A stretch of 64,000 nt of DNA from Rhodoferax sp. Its GTDB lineage: Bacteria; Pseudomonadota; Gammaproteobacteria; Burkholderiales; Burkholderiaceae_C. The stretch covers positions 10,985-74,984 of the forward strand of contig JAYUQC010000070.1 of assembly GCA_043759735.1 (NCBI GenBank). Reading direction: 5' to 3'. Made by a program: the position numbers and the translations under genes. The notes under the pieces are model-generated. The model was not told the DNA's origin, ran no database searches, and saw only the letters and a program-made list of their open reading frames with translations. Positions 11,286 to 21,846 of the stretch are shown piece after piece (positions within the stretch are counted from its first letter, which is position 1; each line of letters starts with the position of its first letter).

Positions 11286-11714
11286 CTAGCGCGTCGCGGA
11301 CTTGCCGGTCGGTTGGGTTGCAAACGTAATTTGCGAAAGCCCGGCGCGGCGCGACGCTTCCATCACGCTGATGACCGACTGGTGCTTGGCGCTGGCGTCC
11401 GCATTGATGACGACCACCGTATCCTTGCCCGCCTTGGCTGCGGCCGCAAGGGCGCCTGCCAGTAGGTCCACGCTGCGCCCGGCCAGCGGCACGGAATTGA
11501 CCGCATAGGCACCTTCGCTGCTGACGCTGACCAGCAACTCCTTGGGATAGTCGCGCAGGTTTTCGGTGTCGGCGACCGGCAGCCTGAGCTCGATTTCCGT
11601 GAATTTGCTGTAGGTCGTGGTCAGCATCAGGAAGATCAGTACCACCAGCAGGATGTCGATGAACGGGATCAGGTTTATTTCAGGCTCATCGCGTGACGCG
11701 GTGCGAAAATTCAT
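11286..11714 (-). CDS. exbD: Biopolymer transporter ExbD/TolR
   Basis: EINLIPFIDILLVVLIFLM transmembrane motif; VVINAD. Confidence 0.92.
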   Translation of the reverse strand: MNFRTASRDEPEINLIPFIDILLVVLIFLMLTTTYSKFTEIELRLPVADTENLRDYPKELLVSVSSEGAYAVNSVPLAGRSVDLLAGALAAAAKAGKDTVVVINADASAKHQSVISVMEASRRAGLSQITFATQPTGKSATR

Positions 11715-12346
11715 GAGCCCTTGCGCAAGCTGTTGAGGTGGCGTGCCAAACGGTCGGCGGACAATTCCAAGGTCAACAGGTATGCGTCTACCGTAGCGCG
11801 GAAATAGCGCCAGAAAATCAGCGCCGGAATGGCGATGATCAGGCCAAATGCCGTGTTGTACAGCGCCACCGATATGCCGTGCGCGAGCTGGGCGGGGTTG
11901 CCGCCAGGAGCGCCGCTGGTCGGCCCCTGCGAGCCGAATATCTCGATCATGCCCACGACGGTTCCGAACAGGCCCATCAGCGGTGCGGCGGACGCGATGG
12001 TGGCCAGTGCGCTGAGGTAGCGCTCCAGCCGATGCGCCACCAGCCGGCCGGTACCTTCCATCGTGGCGCGCAGGTCGGCCTCGCTACAGCGCGGGTTCAG
12101 GTTGAGGGCACGAAATCCGCTGGCCAGCACCTCGCCGAGCGCAGAATTGCGTTCGAGCTGCGCCACCATGTCGGTCGATGGCAGACCGTTGCGCGACACC
12201 GACAACACCTCGTCCAACAGACGAGGCGGCGCTACCTTGGCAGATTTGAGGCTGATGAATCGCTCGATGACCAGAGCCAGAGCCAGTATGGAGAAGGCGA
12301 CCAAGGGCCAAATCGGCCAGCCTGCGGCTTGTATGATGGAAAACAA
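11711..12346 (-). CDS. exbB: MotA/TolQ/ExbB proton channel protein
   Basis: TTG start (LFSIIQAAGWPIWP); APLMGLFGTVVGMI; GISVALYNTAFGLIIAIP; ATGA overlap with exbD. Confidence 0.92.
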   Translation of the reverse strand: MFSIIQAAGWPIWPLVAFSILALALVIERFISLKSAKVAPPRLLDEVLSVSRNGLPSTDMVAQLERNSALGEVLASGFRALNLNPRCSEADLRATMEGTGRLVAHRLERYLSALATIASAAPLMGLFGTVVGMIEIFGSQGPTSGAPGGNPAQLAHGISVALYNTAFGLIIAIPALIFWRYFRATVDAYLLTLELSADRLARHLNSLRKGS

Positions 12347-12447
12347 GTAGGAAACCCCATGCAAATGGTTAGCCCGGTCATTATGGCGCACGGCCTGACC
12401 GGGCCGGAGGCTGCCGATGGCGCTGCTGCCGTGCCGGCATTCGGTGT

Positions 12448-12494
12448 TGACCCACAGAACTTGTGGATAACTTTGTGCAAAACCAGGTTGAAAA
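12448..12494. promoter_or_regulatory. DnaA-box cluster (DARS-like core)
   Basis: TGACCCACA (12448-56), opposite-facing perfect TGTGGATAA (12462-70), TGTGCAAAA (12474-82) and degenerate GGTTGAAAA (12486-94). Confidence 0.7.
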
Positions 12495-12565
12495 CTCGTC
12501 GCAGGCCGCATTCATGCGGTCCCGGACTAAGGTGATGAGAAAAAGGGCAGTGAAATATTTCATGA

Positions 12566-12578
12566 AATCAGAGACTTG
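12566..12578 (+). promoter_or_regulatory. IHF-binding consensus site
   Basis: AATCAGAGACTTG matches WATCAR-N4-TTR, with AT-rich sequence upstream. Confidence 0.55.
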
Positions 12579-12694
12579 CGTCCTGTTTGCGGGCTATGCG
12601 CTGGCATCAACTGCGACTCCCTGCTATTGGCGCCATCTGTGGAGTAGTTGTATGCCGCGACCCGCCTGCAGCCTTGGTGCGCGCGTGGGGCAGC

Positions 12695-14008
12695 ATGGCT
12701 GAAGCAGCACCACGCATCTGGTCCGTCGGAGACTTGTGCCATGCGGTAGCGGACGCTCTGGACGCCCGATTCAACCCGGTTTCGGTGCGCGGCGAGATAT
12801 CTGGTTTCTCGCGCGCGGCCAGCGGTCATTGCTATTTTTCGTTGAAGGATGCTTCGGGCCAGTTGCGCTGCGCGATGTTCAAGCGGGCTGCGGGCTTGAT
12901 CGACTTCGCCGCGCGGGATGGCGATCTGGTCGAGGTGCGTGGCAGGCTCGGCGTTTACGAGCCTCGTGGCGATTTGCAGTTGATCGTCGAGTCGATGCGC
13001 CAGGCCGGAACCGGAACGCTGTTCGAGGAATTCCTCCAACGCAAGTCCCGTTTGCAGGCAGAGGGACTGTTTGACCCGCGGCGCAAGCGCGCTTTGCCGC
13101 TGGCGCCGCGCGCCATCGGGTTGGTGACTTCACTGGGCGCAGCGGCCTTGCATGACGTCGTGACCACCTTGCAACGGCGTTTGCCGCATGTACCCGTGCT
13201 GCTGGCGCCGGCGGCCGTGCAGGGTACTGGCGCTCCGGCCCAATTGGTGCTGGCACTTGAGAGCTTGTATCAGTTGGCGGCGGGCGCATCAGCGCACTCC
13301 CGTGCAGCGAGCACGGACAAATTGTTGCCGGTGCCTGAGGTGATCCTGCTGGTGCGCGGTGGCGGCTCGTTGGAGGACCTGTGGGCCTTCAACGACGAGG
13401 CTTTGGCACGCGCGATCCTCCGCAGCCCGGTTCCGGTGGTGTGCGGGGTGGGCCATGAGACGGATTTCACGATCGCCGATTTTGTCGCCGACCTGCGGGC
13501 GCCGACGCCCACTGCGGCGGCGGAATTGGTGGCGCCGGCGCGCGAGGTCTGGCTGGCCGCGCTTGACTTGTTGCAGGCGCGTCTGCAAGATGGCATGACC
13601 CGTAGGCTGGAGCGCGAGTTGCAGCGGCTCGACAACACGGCGGCCCGGTTCGGACGGCCTAGCGGGCTGGCGGCGGCCCGTCGCGTGACCTTGCACTCGA
13701 TTGCCATGCGCTTGCGCCAGGCAACCCGGTCCGCACTGCAGCGACAAACGCGCGAATGGCAAGATTTGGCAGAGCAGTTGCCGACGGCGCGCCGCCTGGC
13801 AATGGAGCGCAAGGGCGAGCGGCTCGCGCGGGACGGTTTGCGGCTGCGGCTGCTCGATCCGGCCCTGGTGCTGCAGCGCGGCTATGCCTGGCTTGCTGAT
13901 GCGCGGGGGTTTGCAGTGACCCGTGCAGCGCAGACGCAGGCGGGCCAGCGATTGCGCGCGACGGTGGCCCATGGCAGCATCGATTTGCAAGTAGTCGGGC
14001 AGAAATAG
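12695..14008 (+). CDS. xseA: Exodeoxyribonuclease VII large subunit
   Basis: [22 protein letters not shown] fold, [42 protein letters not shown]. Confidence 0.97.
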   Translation: MAEAAPRIWSVGDLCHAVADALDARFNPVSVRGEISGFSRAASGHCYFSLKDASGQLRCAMFKRAAGLIDFAARDGDLVEVRGRLGVYEPRGDLQLIVESMRQAGTGTLFEEFLQRKSRLQAEGLFDPRRKRALPLAPRAIGLVTSLGAAALHDVVTTLQRRLPHVPVLLAPAAVQGTGAPAQLVLALESLYQLAAGASAHSRAASTDKLLPVPEVILLVRGGGSLEDLWAFNDEALARAILRSPVPVVCGVGHETDFTIADFVADLRAPTPTAAAELVAPAREVWLAALDLLQARLQDGMTRRLERELQRLDNTAARFGRPSGLAAARRVTLHSIAMRLRQATRSALQRQTREWQDLAEQLPTARRLAMERKGERLARDGLRLRLLDPALVLQRGYAWLADARGFAVTRAAQTQAGQRLRATVAHGSIDLQVVGQK

Positions 14009-14057
14009 GCAAAGTTCCTACAATCTTGGTTTTGCTCAACCAACCCACGAGGACACC

Positions 14058-14639
14058 ATGGAACATATCCTGCCGCAACTTCCGTACGCGATTGACGCCC
14101 TGGCGCCAAACTATTCGCGCGAGACGCTCGAGTTCCACCACGGCAAGCACCACAACGCCTATGTCGTCAACCTCAACAACCTGCAAAAGGGCACGGAGTT
14201 CGAGACCATGGCGTTGGAGGATATCGTCAAGAAAGCCAGTGGTGGCGTCTACAACAACGCAGCGCAAGTATGGAACCACACGTTTTTCTGGAACTGCATG
14301 AAGCCGTCTGGCGGCGGTGAGCCGACCGGTGCGCTGGCCACGGCCATCAACGCGAAGTGGGGTAGCTATGCAGCGTTCAAGGAAGCCTTCGTCAAGTCGG
14401 CCGTGGGCAACTTCGGTTCCGGCTGGACCTGGCTGGTCAAGAAGGCGGACGGGTCGGTCGATATTGTCAACATGGGCGCCGCCGGAACCCCATTGACGAC
14501 AGGCGACAAGCCGCTGTTGACCGTGGATGTGTGGGAGCACGCTTACTACATCGACTACCGCAATGCCCGCCCCAAGTTTGTCGAAACATACCTCGACAAG
14601 CTGGTCAACTGGGCCTATGCGCAGGCCAATTTTGGCTGA
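14058..14639 (+). CDS. sodB: Fe superoxide dismutase
   Basis: [23 protein letters not shown] (Fe-type), DVWEHAYY. Confidence 0.97.
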   Translation: MEHILPQLPYAIDALAPNYSRETLEFHHGKHHNAYVVNLNNLQKGTEFETMALEDIVKKASGGVYNNAAQVWNHTFFWNCMKPSGGGEPTGALATAINAKWGSYAAFKEAFVKSAVGNFGSGWTWLVKKADGSVDIVNMGAAGTPLTTGDKPLLTVDVWEHAYYIDYRNARPKFVETYLDKLVNWAYAQANFG

Positions 14640-14663
14640 TTGATCGCCGGCGTTGTGCGCATC

Positions 14664-14687
14664 AGGCCGGCACTATGCCGGCCTTTT
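14664..14687 (+). terminator. Rho-independent terminator after sodB
   Basis: AGGCCGGCA-CTA-TGCCGGCCT hairpin followed by a short T run. Confidence 0.6.
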
Positions 14688-14741
14688 CCCTGGGCGCCTT
14701 GTTTGACCACCTGCCGGATGTCGGCCTGCCTGCATCTGACA

Positions 14742-15197
14742 TCAGCGGTTGGCGGCGAACGGTCTTCCGGTCAACCGGAATCCGGCTTTGATGCCCCGTT
14801 TGGTGAACCAACCCCGGTTCATTTCCAGCACGAAACGCACCGGTTTGGCCGAGCAATGCGATTCGGTAGTTTTGGGTTGCATGTCGACCAGGTTGACGAT
14901 GGTGCCGTCGTCGGCCACGAATGCGGCGGTCAGCGCAAGCAAGGTGTTCTTCATCCAAAAACACTGTTGCGCCGGTTCTTCGAATATGAACAACATGCCC
15001 TCGTGCTGCGGCATATCGGCGCGGAACATAAGGCCGATCTGGCGTTGATCGGGCGTTAGCGCTAGTTGGGTGTTGATCTGGTGCATACCGGCGCCCAGTG
15101 TGACGCGCGGCAGATCGAGTTGAGGCTGTTCCTGCGCCCACACACTGTGTGCCGAGATGGCCAGCGCCAGGCTGCATAGGACAGATCGGATAGGCAT
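14742..15197 (-). CDS. DUF192 family exported protein
   Basis: Signal peptide; GLMFR, GMLFIF, CFWMKNT, VLEMNRGWF. Confidence 0.9.
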   Translation of the reverse strand: MPIRSVLCSLALAISAHSVWAQEQPQLDLPRVTLGAGMHQINTQLALTPDQRQIGLMFRADMPQHEGMLFIFEEPAQQCFWMKNTLLALTAAFVADDGTIVNLVDMQPKTTESHCSAKPVRFVLEMNRGWFTKRGIKAGFRLTGRPFAANR

Positions 15198-15216
15198 GGT
15201 TGGGATTGTGGCCGAC

Positions 15217-15245
15217 AAACGAGAAATGCCCGCAAGGCGGGCATT
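15217..15245 (-). terminator. Probable terminator of the small Ala/Lys-rich gene
   Basis: AATGCCCGC-N3-GCGGGCATT stem with T-rich tail on the minus strand. Confidence 0.55.
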
Positions 15246-15314
15246 GTCAAGGCACCTGACGCCGAGGCGCCAGGGTGGCACTTGGCGCCGAGACGCCCGG
15301 GTGGACCGTACCGA

Positions 15315-15665
15315 TCAAGCCTTCGGTGCTACATCTTTCTTGGCAGCCTTCTTCGCAGCTTTTTCTTCCTTCATCTTGGCCGCAGCGGCCATTTTCTCTG
15401 CGTCCTTGGCCTTCTTGGCCGCCGCCTTTTCTTCTTTCATTTTCTTGGCGTCGGCCTTGGCGTCCATCTTGGCATCGGCCTTGGCAGGAGCGGCGGCAAC
15501 AGCCGGGGTAGCAGCGGCGGCAGGAGCCGCGACAGCAGCGGGCGCTGCCACTTTGGCGGGTGCGGCAGCAACTGCTGGGGTAGCAGCTTTGGCCGGCGCG
15601 GCGGTCTGGGCAAAAGCGCCAGCGGCAAACAGACCAGCGATCAGGGTGGCGAGAACTTTGTTCAT
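15315..15665 (-). CDS. Small secreted Ala/Pro/Lys-rich low-complexity protein
   Basis: Signal peptide MNKVLATLIAGLFAAGAFA followed by APAK/AAKK repeats; AGGA SD. Confidence 0.85.
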   Translation of the reverse strand: MNKVLATLIAGLFAAGAFAQTAAPAKAATPAVAAAPAKVAAPAAVAAPAAAATPAVAAAPAKADAKMDAKADAKKMKEEKAAAKKAKDAEKMAAAAKMKEEKAAKKAAKKDVAPKA

Positions 15666-15868
15666 GAAGAACTTTCCTAGAAATGGTGTTGGAACGATTT
15701 CTTCCCCTCGGGAAGCCCCCCTGTAACGGTGGCCACATGCGGTCGGTTGACAGTTTGGTGAAAATATTTGACGTTAAAATTCATTGTTGTTCAGGCTGCG
15801 AGCCCCTTGCAGTGCCAGGCCTGCCTCCAACCGGCGCCCGCCGCCGCCATCAACCGAGACCAACATCC

Positions 15869-17122
15869 ATGTACCAGCACATCAAGGTTCCCTCCACTGG
15901 CCAGAAGATCACTGTCAAGGCCGACATGTCGCTCGAAGTGCCGGATCAGCCGATCATTCCCTTCATCGAAGGCGACGGCACTGGCTTGGACATTACGCCG
16001 GTCATGCTCAAAGTGGTCGACGCGGCCGTGGCCAAGGCCTACGGTGGCAAGCGCAAGATCCACTGGATGGAGGTGTACGCTGGCGAAAAATCCACCCGCA
16101 TCTACGGCCCGGATGTCTGGCTACCGGAAGAAACCCTCCAGGCGGTCAAGGAGTATGTGGTCTCGATCAAGGGCCCGCTGACGACCCCGGTCGGGGGCGG
16201 CATCCGTTCGCTGAATGTTGCGTTGCGCCAGGAGCTTGACCTGTATGTCTGCTTGCGGCCGATCCAGTATTTCAAGGGTGTGCCGTCGCCTGTCAAGGAG
16301 CCGCACAAGACGAATATGGTGATCTTCCGCGAGAACTCGGAGGACATTTACGCGGGTATCGAGTTCGAGGCCGAGTCGGACAAGGCCAAGAAGCTGATCA
16401 AGTTCCTGCAAGATGAGATGGGCGTCAAGAAAATCCGTTTTCCTGCCACGTCGGGTATTGGCATCAAGCCGGTATCGCGCGAAGGCACGGAGCGGCTGGT
16501 GCGCAAGGCGATCCAGTATGCGATCGACAACGACAAGCCCAGTGTGACCATCGTGCACAAGGGCAATATCATGAAGTTCACCGAAGGTGGATTCCGTGAC
16601 TGGTCGTACGCGCTGGCGCAGAAGGAGTTCGGGGCCGAGCCCATCGACGGTGGTCCATGGTGCAAATTCAAGAATCCGAAATCGGGCAAGGACATCATCG
16701 TCAAGGACAGCATCGCCGACGCATTCCTTCAGCAGATCCTGTTGCGACCGGCGGAATACAGCGTCATTGCCACGCTCAACTTGAACGGTGACTACATCTC
16801 AGATGCACTGGCGGCGCAGGTGGGCGGCATCGGCATCGCACCGGGTGCCAACCTGAGCGACACCATCGCCATGTTTGAGGCCACCCATGGCACCGCACCC
16901 AAATATGCTGGCAAAGACTATGTGAACCCAGGCTCCGAGATCCTGTCGGCCGAGATGATGCTGCGCCATATGGGTTGGCTCGAGGCCGCTGATCTGATCA
17001 TCTCGTCGATGGAGAAATCGATCGCCAGCAAGAGGGTCACCTATGACTTCGCCCGGCTGATGGAAGGTGCGACACAGGTCAGTTGCTCGGGCTTCGGCCA
17101 GGTGATGATCGACCACATGTAG
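15869..17122 (+). CDS. icd: NADP-dependent isocitrate dehydrogenase
   Basis: [56 protein letters not shown]. Confidence 0.98.
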   Translation: MYQHIKVPSTGQKITVKADMSLEVPDQPIIPFIEGDGTGLDITPVMLKVVDAAVAKAYGGKRKIHWMEVYAGEKSTRIYGPDVWLPEETLQAVKEYVVSIKGPLTTPVGGGIRSLNVALRQELDLYVCLRPIQYFKGVPSPVKEPHKTNMVIFRENSEDIYAGIEFEAESDKAKKLIKFLQDEMGVKKIRFPATSGIGIKPVSREGTERLVRKAIQYAIDNDKPSVTIVHKGNIMKFTEGGFRDWSYALAQKEFGAEPIDGGPWCKFKNPKSGKDIIVKDSIADAFLQQILLRPAEYSVIATLNLNGDYISDALAAQVGGIGIAPGANLSDTIAMFEATHGTAPKYAGKDYVNPGSEILSAEMMLRHMGWLEAADLIISSMEKSIASKRVTYDFARLMEGATQVSCSGFGQVMIDHM

Positions 17123-17174
17123 CGATGGCGTCAATCGGGGCCGGCGACGCCGGCGCCCGGCTGACACTAGCCCC

Positions 17175-17210
17175 GCCGCCGTTCCGCAAGGTATCAAGGC
17201 GGCTTTTTTT
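17175..17210 (+). terminator. Rho-independent terminator after icd
   Basis: GCCGCC...GGCGGC stem followed by T7. Confidence 0.65.
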
Positions 17211-17289
17211 CGGACCCTTGAATCCGTGCCGGGTGGCACCAATTGACTGCTGTCCGGCGCTTCAATCGGACGATCGATAGAATCATCTG

Positions 17290-17652
17290 ATGGTGACCAA
17301 GCTTCCCGCGAAACCTCCGACCCATCCGGTCCAGCTGCCCAAGACCGACGATGGAGAGACTGTCGTCGTCGAGCGCAAGACCCAGAGGGTCAAGCCACCA
17401 CAGATGTACCAGGTGGTGATGCTCAACGACGATTACACGCCGATGGAGTTTGTGGTTGTCGTGATCCAGGAGTTTTTCAGCAAAGACCTGGAGGCCGCGA
17501 CCCAGATCATGCTGAAGATCCACCTGGAAGGACGTGGTGTTTGCGGTGTGTATTCAAAGGATGTGGCGGCAACCAAGGTCGATCAGGTGCTGGATGCTGC
17601 GCACAAGGCCGGACACCCGTTGCAATGCGTCAGTGAACCGGTTGACTTGTAA
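17290..17652 (+). CDS. clpS: Clp protease adaptor ClpS
   Basis: [17 protein letters not shown]; HPLQC; directly upstream of clpA. Confidence 0.97.
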   Translation: MVTKLPAKPPTHPVQLPKTDDGETVVVERKTQRVKPPQMYQVVMLNDDYTPMEFVVVVIQEFFSKDLEAATQIMLKIHLEGRGVCGVYSKDVAATKVDQVLDAAHKAGHPLQCVSEPVDL

Positions 17653-17727
17653 GATTTTTGCAGCAGCCGGGCAGGGCATTCAATTCAGATTAAAGTAAAG
17701 CACCAACGCAAGGCAGAAGGAAAGCAC

Positions 17728-20034
17728 ATGATTGCTCAGGAACTGGAAGTGAGCCTGCATATGGCGTTTGTCGAGGCGCGCCAGCAGCGCCACGAATTCA
17801 TCACGGTCGAGCACCTGCTTCTGGCATTGCTCGACAATCCGAGCGCGGCCGAAGTGCTGCGAGCCTGCTCGGCCAACATCGACGACCTGCGCAAGTCGCT
17901 ATCGACCTTTATCAAGGACAACACGCCCCAGGTCGCTGGATCCGATGATGTCGATACCCAGCCCACGCTTGGGTTTCAGCGCGTCATCCAGCGCGCGATC
18001 ATGCATGTGCAGTCCACCGGCAGCGGCAAGAAGGAAGTGACCGGCGCCAATGTGTTGGTCGCCATTTTTGGCGAGAAGGATTCGCATGCGGTGTATTACC
18101 TGCACCAGCAGGGCGTGACCCGGCTGGATGTGGTGAACTTTATCGCGCACGGCATCAAGAAAACCGATCCACCGGAGCCTACCAAGTCGGGCGAAAGTCA
18201 GGCCGAGTCGGAGGAGGGCGGCGAAAAACCCGAAAAACAATCACCGCTGGAGCAGTACACCCAGAACTTGAACCAATTGGCGAAGGAAGGCAAGATCGAT
18301 CCGCTGATCGGGCGCGAGTACGAGGTCGAGCGTGTTATCCAGATCCTGTGCCGCCGGCGCAAGAACAATCCGTTGCTCGTGGGCGAGGCCGGCGTCGGCA
18401 AAACGGCTATTGCCGAGGGCCTGGCCTGGCGCATCACGCAAAAGGAAGTGCCGGAAATCCTGGCCGAGTCTGTGGTTTATTCGCTGGATATGGGTGCGTT
18501 GCTGGCCGGAACCAAGTACCGGGGCGACTTTGAGCAGCGGCTCAAGGGCGTACTCAAGTCGCTCAAGGACAAGCCGAACGGCATTTTGTTCATCGATGAA
18601 ATCCACACCTTGATCGGAGCCGGTGCTGCGTCGGGCGGCACACTGGACGCGTCCAACCTGCTCAAGCCGGGACTGAGCTCGGGCGCGCTCAAGTGCATTG
18701 GCGCAACCACCTTCACCGAGTACCGCGGCATCTTCGAGAAAGATGCAGCCTTGTCGCGCCGTTTCCAGAAGGTCGACGTGGTTGAACCGACAATCGAGCA
18801 GACAGTGGAGATACTCAAGGGTCTCAAGTCCCGCTTCGAGGAGCACCACAACGTCAAGTACGCGGTTGCGGCCTTGCAAGCAGCTGCTGAACTCAGCGCC
18901 AAATACATCAACGACCGACATCTGCCGGACAAGGCTATCGACGTCATCGACGAGGCGGGTGCTGCGCAGCGCATCTTGCCGGTATCCAAGCGCAAGAAGA
19001 CGATCACCAAGACCGAGGTGGAGGACATCGTGGCCAAGATCGCGCGCATTCCGCCGGCCAACGTCTCGAACGACGACCGCGGCAAACTCAGGACGCTCGA
19101 GCGCGATCTCAAGAGCGTGGTGTTTGGACAGGACAAGGCGCTTGACGTGCTCGCGTCCGCGGTAAAGATGGCGCGTTCCGGTCTGGGTCGGGGGGACAAA
19201 CCGATCGGCTCGTTCCTGTTCAGCGGCCCCACTGGCGTTGGCAAGACCGAGGCCGCGAAGCAACTGGCCTACATCATGGGCATCGACCTGATTCGTTTCG
19301 ACATGAGCGAATATATGGAGCGACATGCGGTGAGCCGGCTGATCGGCGCGCCGCCGGGTTATGTGGGTTTCGACCAGGGCGGCCTTTTGACCGAGGCGGT
19401 GACCAAGAAGCCGCATTGCGTGCTGCTGCTCGATGAGATCGAAAAGGCGCATCCGGACATATTCAATGTGCTGCTGCAGGTCATGGACCACGGCACCTTG
19501 ACCGACAACAACGGACGCAAGGCGGATTTTCGCAATGTCATCATCATCATGACGACCAACGCGGGTGCCGAGGCGATGAACAAGGCGGTAATCGGTTTCA
19601 CCAACAAGCACGAAGTGGGCGACGAACTGGCGGACATCAAACGCCTGTTCACACCCGAGTTCCGCAATCGGTTGGATGCCACCGTCAGCTTCAAGGCGCT
19701 GGACGAGAACGTCATCCTGCGGGTGGTCGACAAGTTCCTGTTGCAGCTCGAGACCCAATTGACCGAGAAAAAGGTCGATGTCACGTTCTCTGATCAGTTG
19801 CGCAAGCACCTGGCCAAGAAGGGCTTCGACCCGCTGATGGGTGCACGCCCGATGCAGCGCCTGATCCAGGATACGATCCGCCGCGCACTGGCAGACGAGC
19901 TGCTGTTTGGGCGCCTGACCGAAGGCGGCCGCCTGACGGTGGACCTGGACGATAAGGACGAGGTCTTGCTCGATATCGTGTCGGTGCCCAAGAAAGAGGG
20001 CAAGGCGAAACCGGAAGAAGCTGCTGTCGGATAG
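17728..20034 (+). CDS. clpA: ATP-dependent Clp protease ATP-binding subunit ClpA
   Basis: Two AAA+ modules ([16 protein letters not shown]); [14 protein letters not shown]-domain. Confidence 0.98.
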   Translation: MIAQELEVSLHMAFVEARQQRHEFITVEHLLLALLDNPSAAEVLRACSANIDDLRKSLSTFIKDNTPQVAGSDDVDTQPTLGFQRVIQRAIMHVQSTGSGKKEVTGANVLVAIFGEKDSHAVYYLHQQGVTRLDVVNFIAHGIKKTDPPEPTKSGESQAESEEGGEKPEKQSPLEQYTQNLNQLAKEGKIDPLIGREYEVERVIQILCRRRKNNPLLVGEAGVGKTAIAEGLAWRITQKEVPEILAESVVYSLDMGALLAGTKYRGDFEQRLKGVLKSLKDKPNGILFIDEIHTLIGAGAASGGTLDASNLLKPGLSSGALKCIGATTFTEYRGIFEKDAALSRRFQKVDVVEPTIEQTVEILKGLKSRFEEHHNVKYAVAALQAAAELSAKYINDRHLPDKAIDVIDEAGAAQRILPVSKRKKTITKTEVEDIVAKIARIPPANVSNDDRGKLRTLERDLKSVVFGQDKALDVLASAVKMARSGLGRGDKPIGSFLFSGPTGVGKTEAAKQLAYIMGIDLIRFDMSEYMERHAVSRLIGAPPGYVGFDQGGLLTEAVTKKPHCVLLLDEIEKAHPDIFNVLLQVMDHGTLTDNNGRKADFRNVIIIMTTNAGAEAMNKAVIGFTNKHEVGDELADIKRLFTPEFRNRLDATVSFKALDENVILRVVDKFLLQLETQLTEKKVDVTFSDQLRKHLAKKGFDPLMGARPMQRLIQDTIRRALADELLFGRLTEGGRLTVDLDDKDEVLLDIVSVPKKEGKAKPEEAAVG

Positions 20035-20113
20035 GCGCGCAGGCTTCAGCCGCAGCAGGTAGCGCGGCTTCACGGGCCGCTGGTTGATGGGCGCAGTGGT
20101 GGTGGAGCGGTAG

Positions 20114-20599
20114 CTATTGCGCGAAGCGGTCGCGGATCGATTCGATGCGTTGTCGATTGACGCCAAGGTCACTTTGACCGATCCGGCTGGCCGAACGGAC
20201 CTGGATCAAGCCGGGTGCGCGATCGAGCCAGAATTCCGCGTCGTCATTGAACCGCAGCAGCGCAGTTTCGAACCGTACCCGTATATAGTCCGGCCGTTCG
20301 GTGACGATGGTCGCCCCGTCCGACTGGCGTAGCACAATAGCCAGTTTAGCCATGGCCGCTGCTCCGTTGCCGGCATAGCGCAGCGGCGCGATGCGCGCAT
20401 AGTCTCTTTGCGGGTGGTCCGGATACAGGTCCGCCTGGCTGGAGACGCTGTTAGGCGTTGGCGAAGGTGCAACCAGCCGGCCGTTCTGCACGCCAAGGGC
20501 CTCTGGCGCACTACCTGCGAGAAATCCTGCCCTCCCAAACCCGATGACCGCCAGCACCACCAGCACGACCGAAACAAGAATCCAGCGCAGCATCCGCAT
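20114..20599 (-). CDS. DUF1499 family protein
   Basis: N-terminal TM/signal; PNSVSSQ; FNDDAEF; RSASRIGQSDLGVNRQRIE. Confidence 0.85.
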   Translation of the reverse strand: MRMLRWILVSVVLVVLAVIGFGRAGFLAGSAPEALGVQNGRLVAPSPTPNSVSSQADLYPDHPQRDYARIAPLRYAGNGAAAMAKLAIVLRQSDGATIVTERPDYIRVRFETALLRFNDDAEFWLDRAPGLIQVRSASRIGQSDLGVNRQRIESIRDRFAQ

Positions 20600-20705
20600 G
20601 ATGCGCGTCAGTCTAATCGGAAGCGTCGGATTTGACGGTGGCGCGCGAGAATCGTTTTGGCCTCGGCCCGCTCACGCGGCCCGGGAGTGTGCACTGCGGC
20701 CGGTT

Positions 20706-21767
20706 CTATCGAAATCCGACCCGATCCAGCATCTGTTGGACCTTGACCTGGTTCATGCCGATCTGGCCGATCGGCACGGTCTCGCTCTTGAACGATCCGC
20801 CGGTCATGGCCTTGAGTGCCGGGTTGTTGATCTCCACGCCTTTCGCTGCGGGCCATTCATTGTTTCCCGTCGCAAAATGGTTCTGTGCGGGCGCGCTGGC
20901 CAGGTATTCCAGAAATTTCACCGCGTTAGCCGGGTTCTTCGCATTGCGGGCCACCGCCCCGCCGGCGATGTTCACATGCGTACCCCAGCTCGACTGGTTG
21001 GGAAACACAACGCCAACCCGTTCCGCGACGGCCTTGTCTTCCGGTTTGTCCGAACGCATGATGCGGGCAAGGTAATAGGAATTGGTGACCGCGATGGCAC
21101 ATTCGCCCGAGGCGACGCCTCTGATCTGATCGGTGTCGCCGCCCTTGGGCGAACGGGCGAGATTGGCGACCACGCCGCGCAACCATTGCTCGGCTTTCTG
21201 CTCGCCCAGGTGCTCGGTCACCGCGCCGAACAACGACAGGTTGTAGGGATGCGAACCCGACCGAATGCACAATCTGCCCCTGTGTTTCGAATCGGCCAGT
21301 TTTTCATAGGTGTCGATGTCCGCCTGCTGAACCTTGGCCTTGTCAAACACGATGATCCGGGCACGGGTGGAAAATCCGAACCACGCGGTATTGCCGGATG
21401 CGTCTGGCTTGCTGCGCAGTTGCGAAGGAATGGCCTGTTCCAGCACGGGGGACCGGATGCTCTGAAACAACCCGTCGGATTCGCCACGCCACAGGCGTGA
21501 TGCGTCCACCAGCAAAATGACGTCCGCTGCGGACGCCGTGCCCTCCGCTTTCAGGCGCGCGAGAATGCCGGCGTCGTCGGAGTCCACCCGGTTGATCTTG
21601 ATGCCGCTGGACTTGGTGAAGTCGCTGTACAGGGCCTCATCCGTCGGATAGTGGCGGGCCGAATAGATATTGAGTTCGCCGGTTTGCGCGTGGACCAGGG
21701 TTGCGGTGGCAAGAAAGCCGGCGGCGAGGGCGAACTTCAGGGGCTGGTTGATGGGGAGGTTGTACAT
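20706..21767 (-). CDS. Fe(3+) ABC transporter substrate-binding protein (FutA/FbpA-like)
   Basis: NIYSARHY, RSGSHPYNLSL, NSYY iron-ligand Tyr pair, GTHVNIAG; Fur box upstream. Confidence 0.9.
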   Translation of the reverse strand: MYNLPINQPLKFALAAGFLATATLVHAQTGELNIYSARHYPTDEALYSDFTKSSGIKINRVDSDDAGILARLKAEGTASAADVILLVDASRLWRGESDGLFQSIRSPVLEQAIPSQLRSKPDASGNTAWFGFSTRARIIVFDKAKVQQADIDTYEKLADSKHRGRLCIRSGSHPYNLSLFGAVTEHLGEQKAEQWLRGVVANLARSPKGGDTDQIRGVASGECAIAVTNSYYLARIMRSDKPEDKAVAERVGVVFPNQSSWGTHVNIAGGAVARNAKNPANAVKFLEYLASAPAQNHFATGNNEWPAAKGVEINNPALKAMTGGSFKSETVPIGQIGMNQVKVQQMLDRVGFR

Positions 21768-21798
21768 GGCGGATGGCTATTGATTGAAGATATGAGCC

Positions 21799-21829
21799 AA
21801 TGATAAATCAAACGCGAATCATTCGCAAT
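21799..21829. promoter_or_regulatory. Fur box
   Basis: AATGATAAATCAAACGCGAATCATTCGCAAT contains GCGAAT-C-ATTCGC, resembling the 7-1-7 Fur core, upstream of an iron-binding protein gene. Confidence 0.65.
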
Positions 21830-21846
21830 AACTTTTGGTAAAATTG

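Noticed and set aside
12448-12580. DnaA boxes as the replication origin
   Set aside because: Only 3-4 boxes, no clear AT-rich unwinding repeats, and no dnaA, dnaN, gidA or parAB nearby; a DARS/datA-like site fits better
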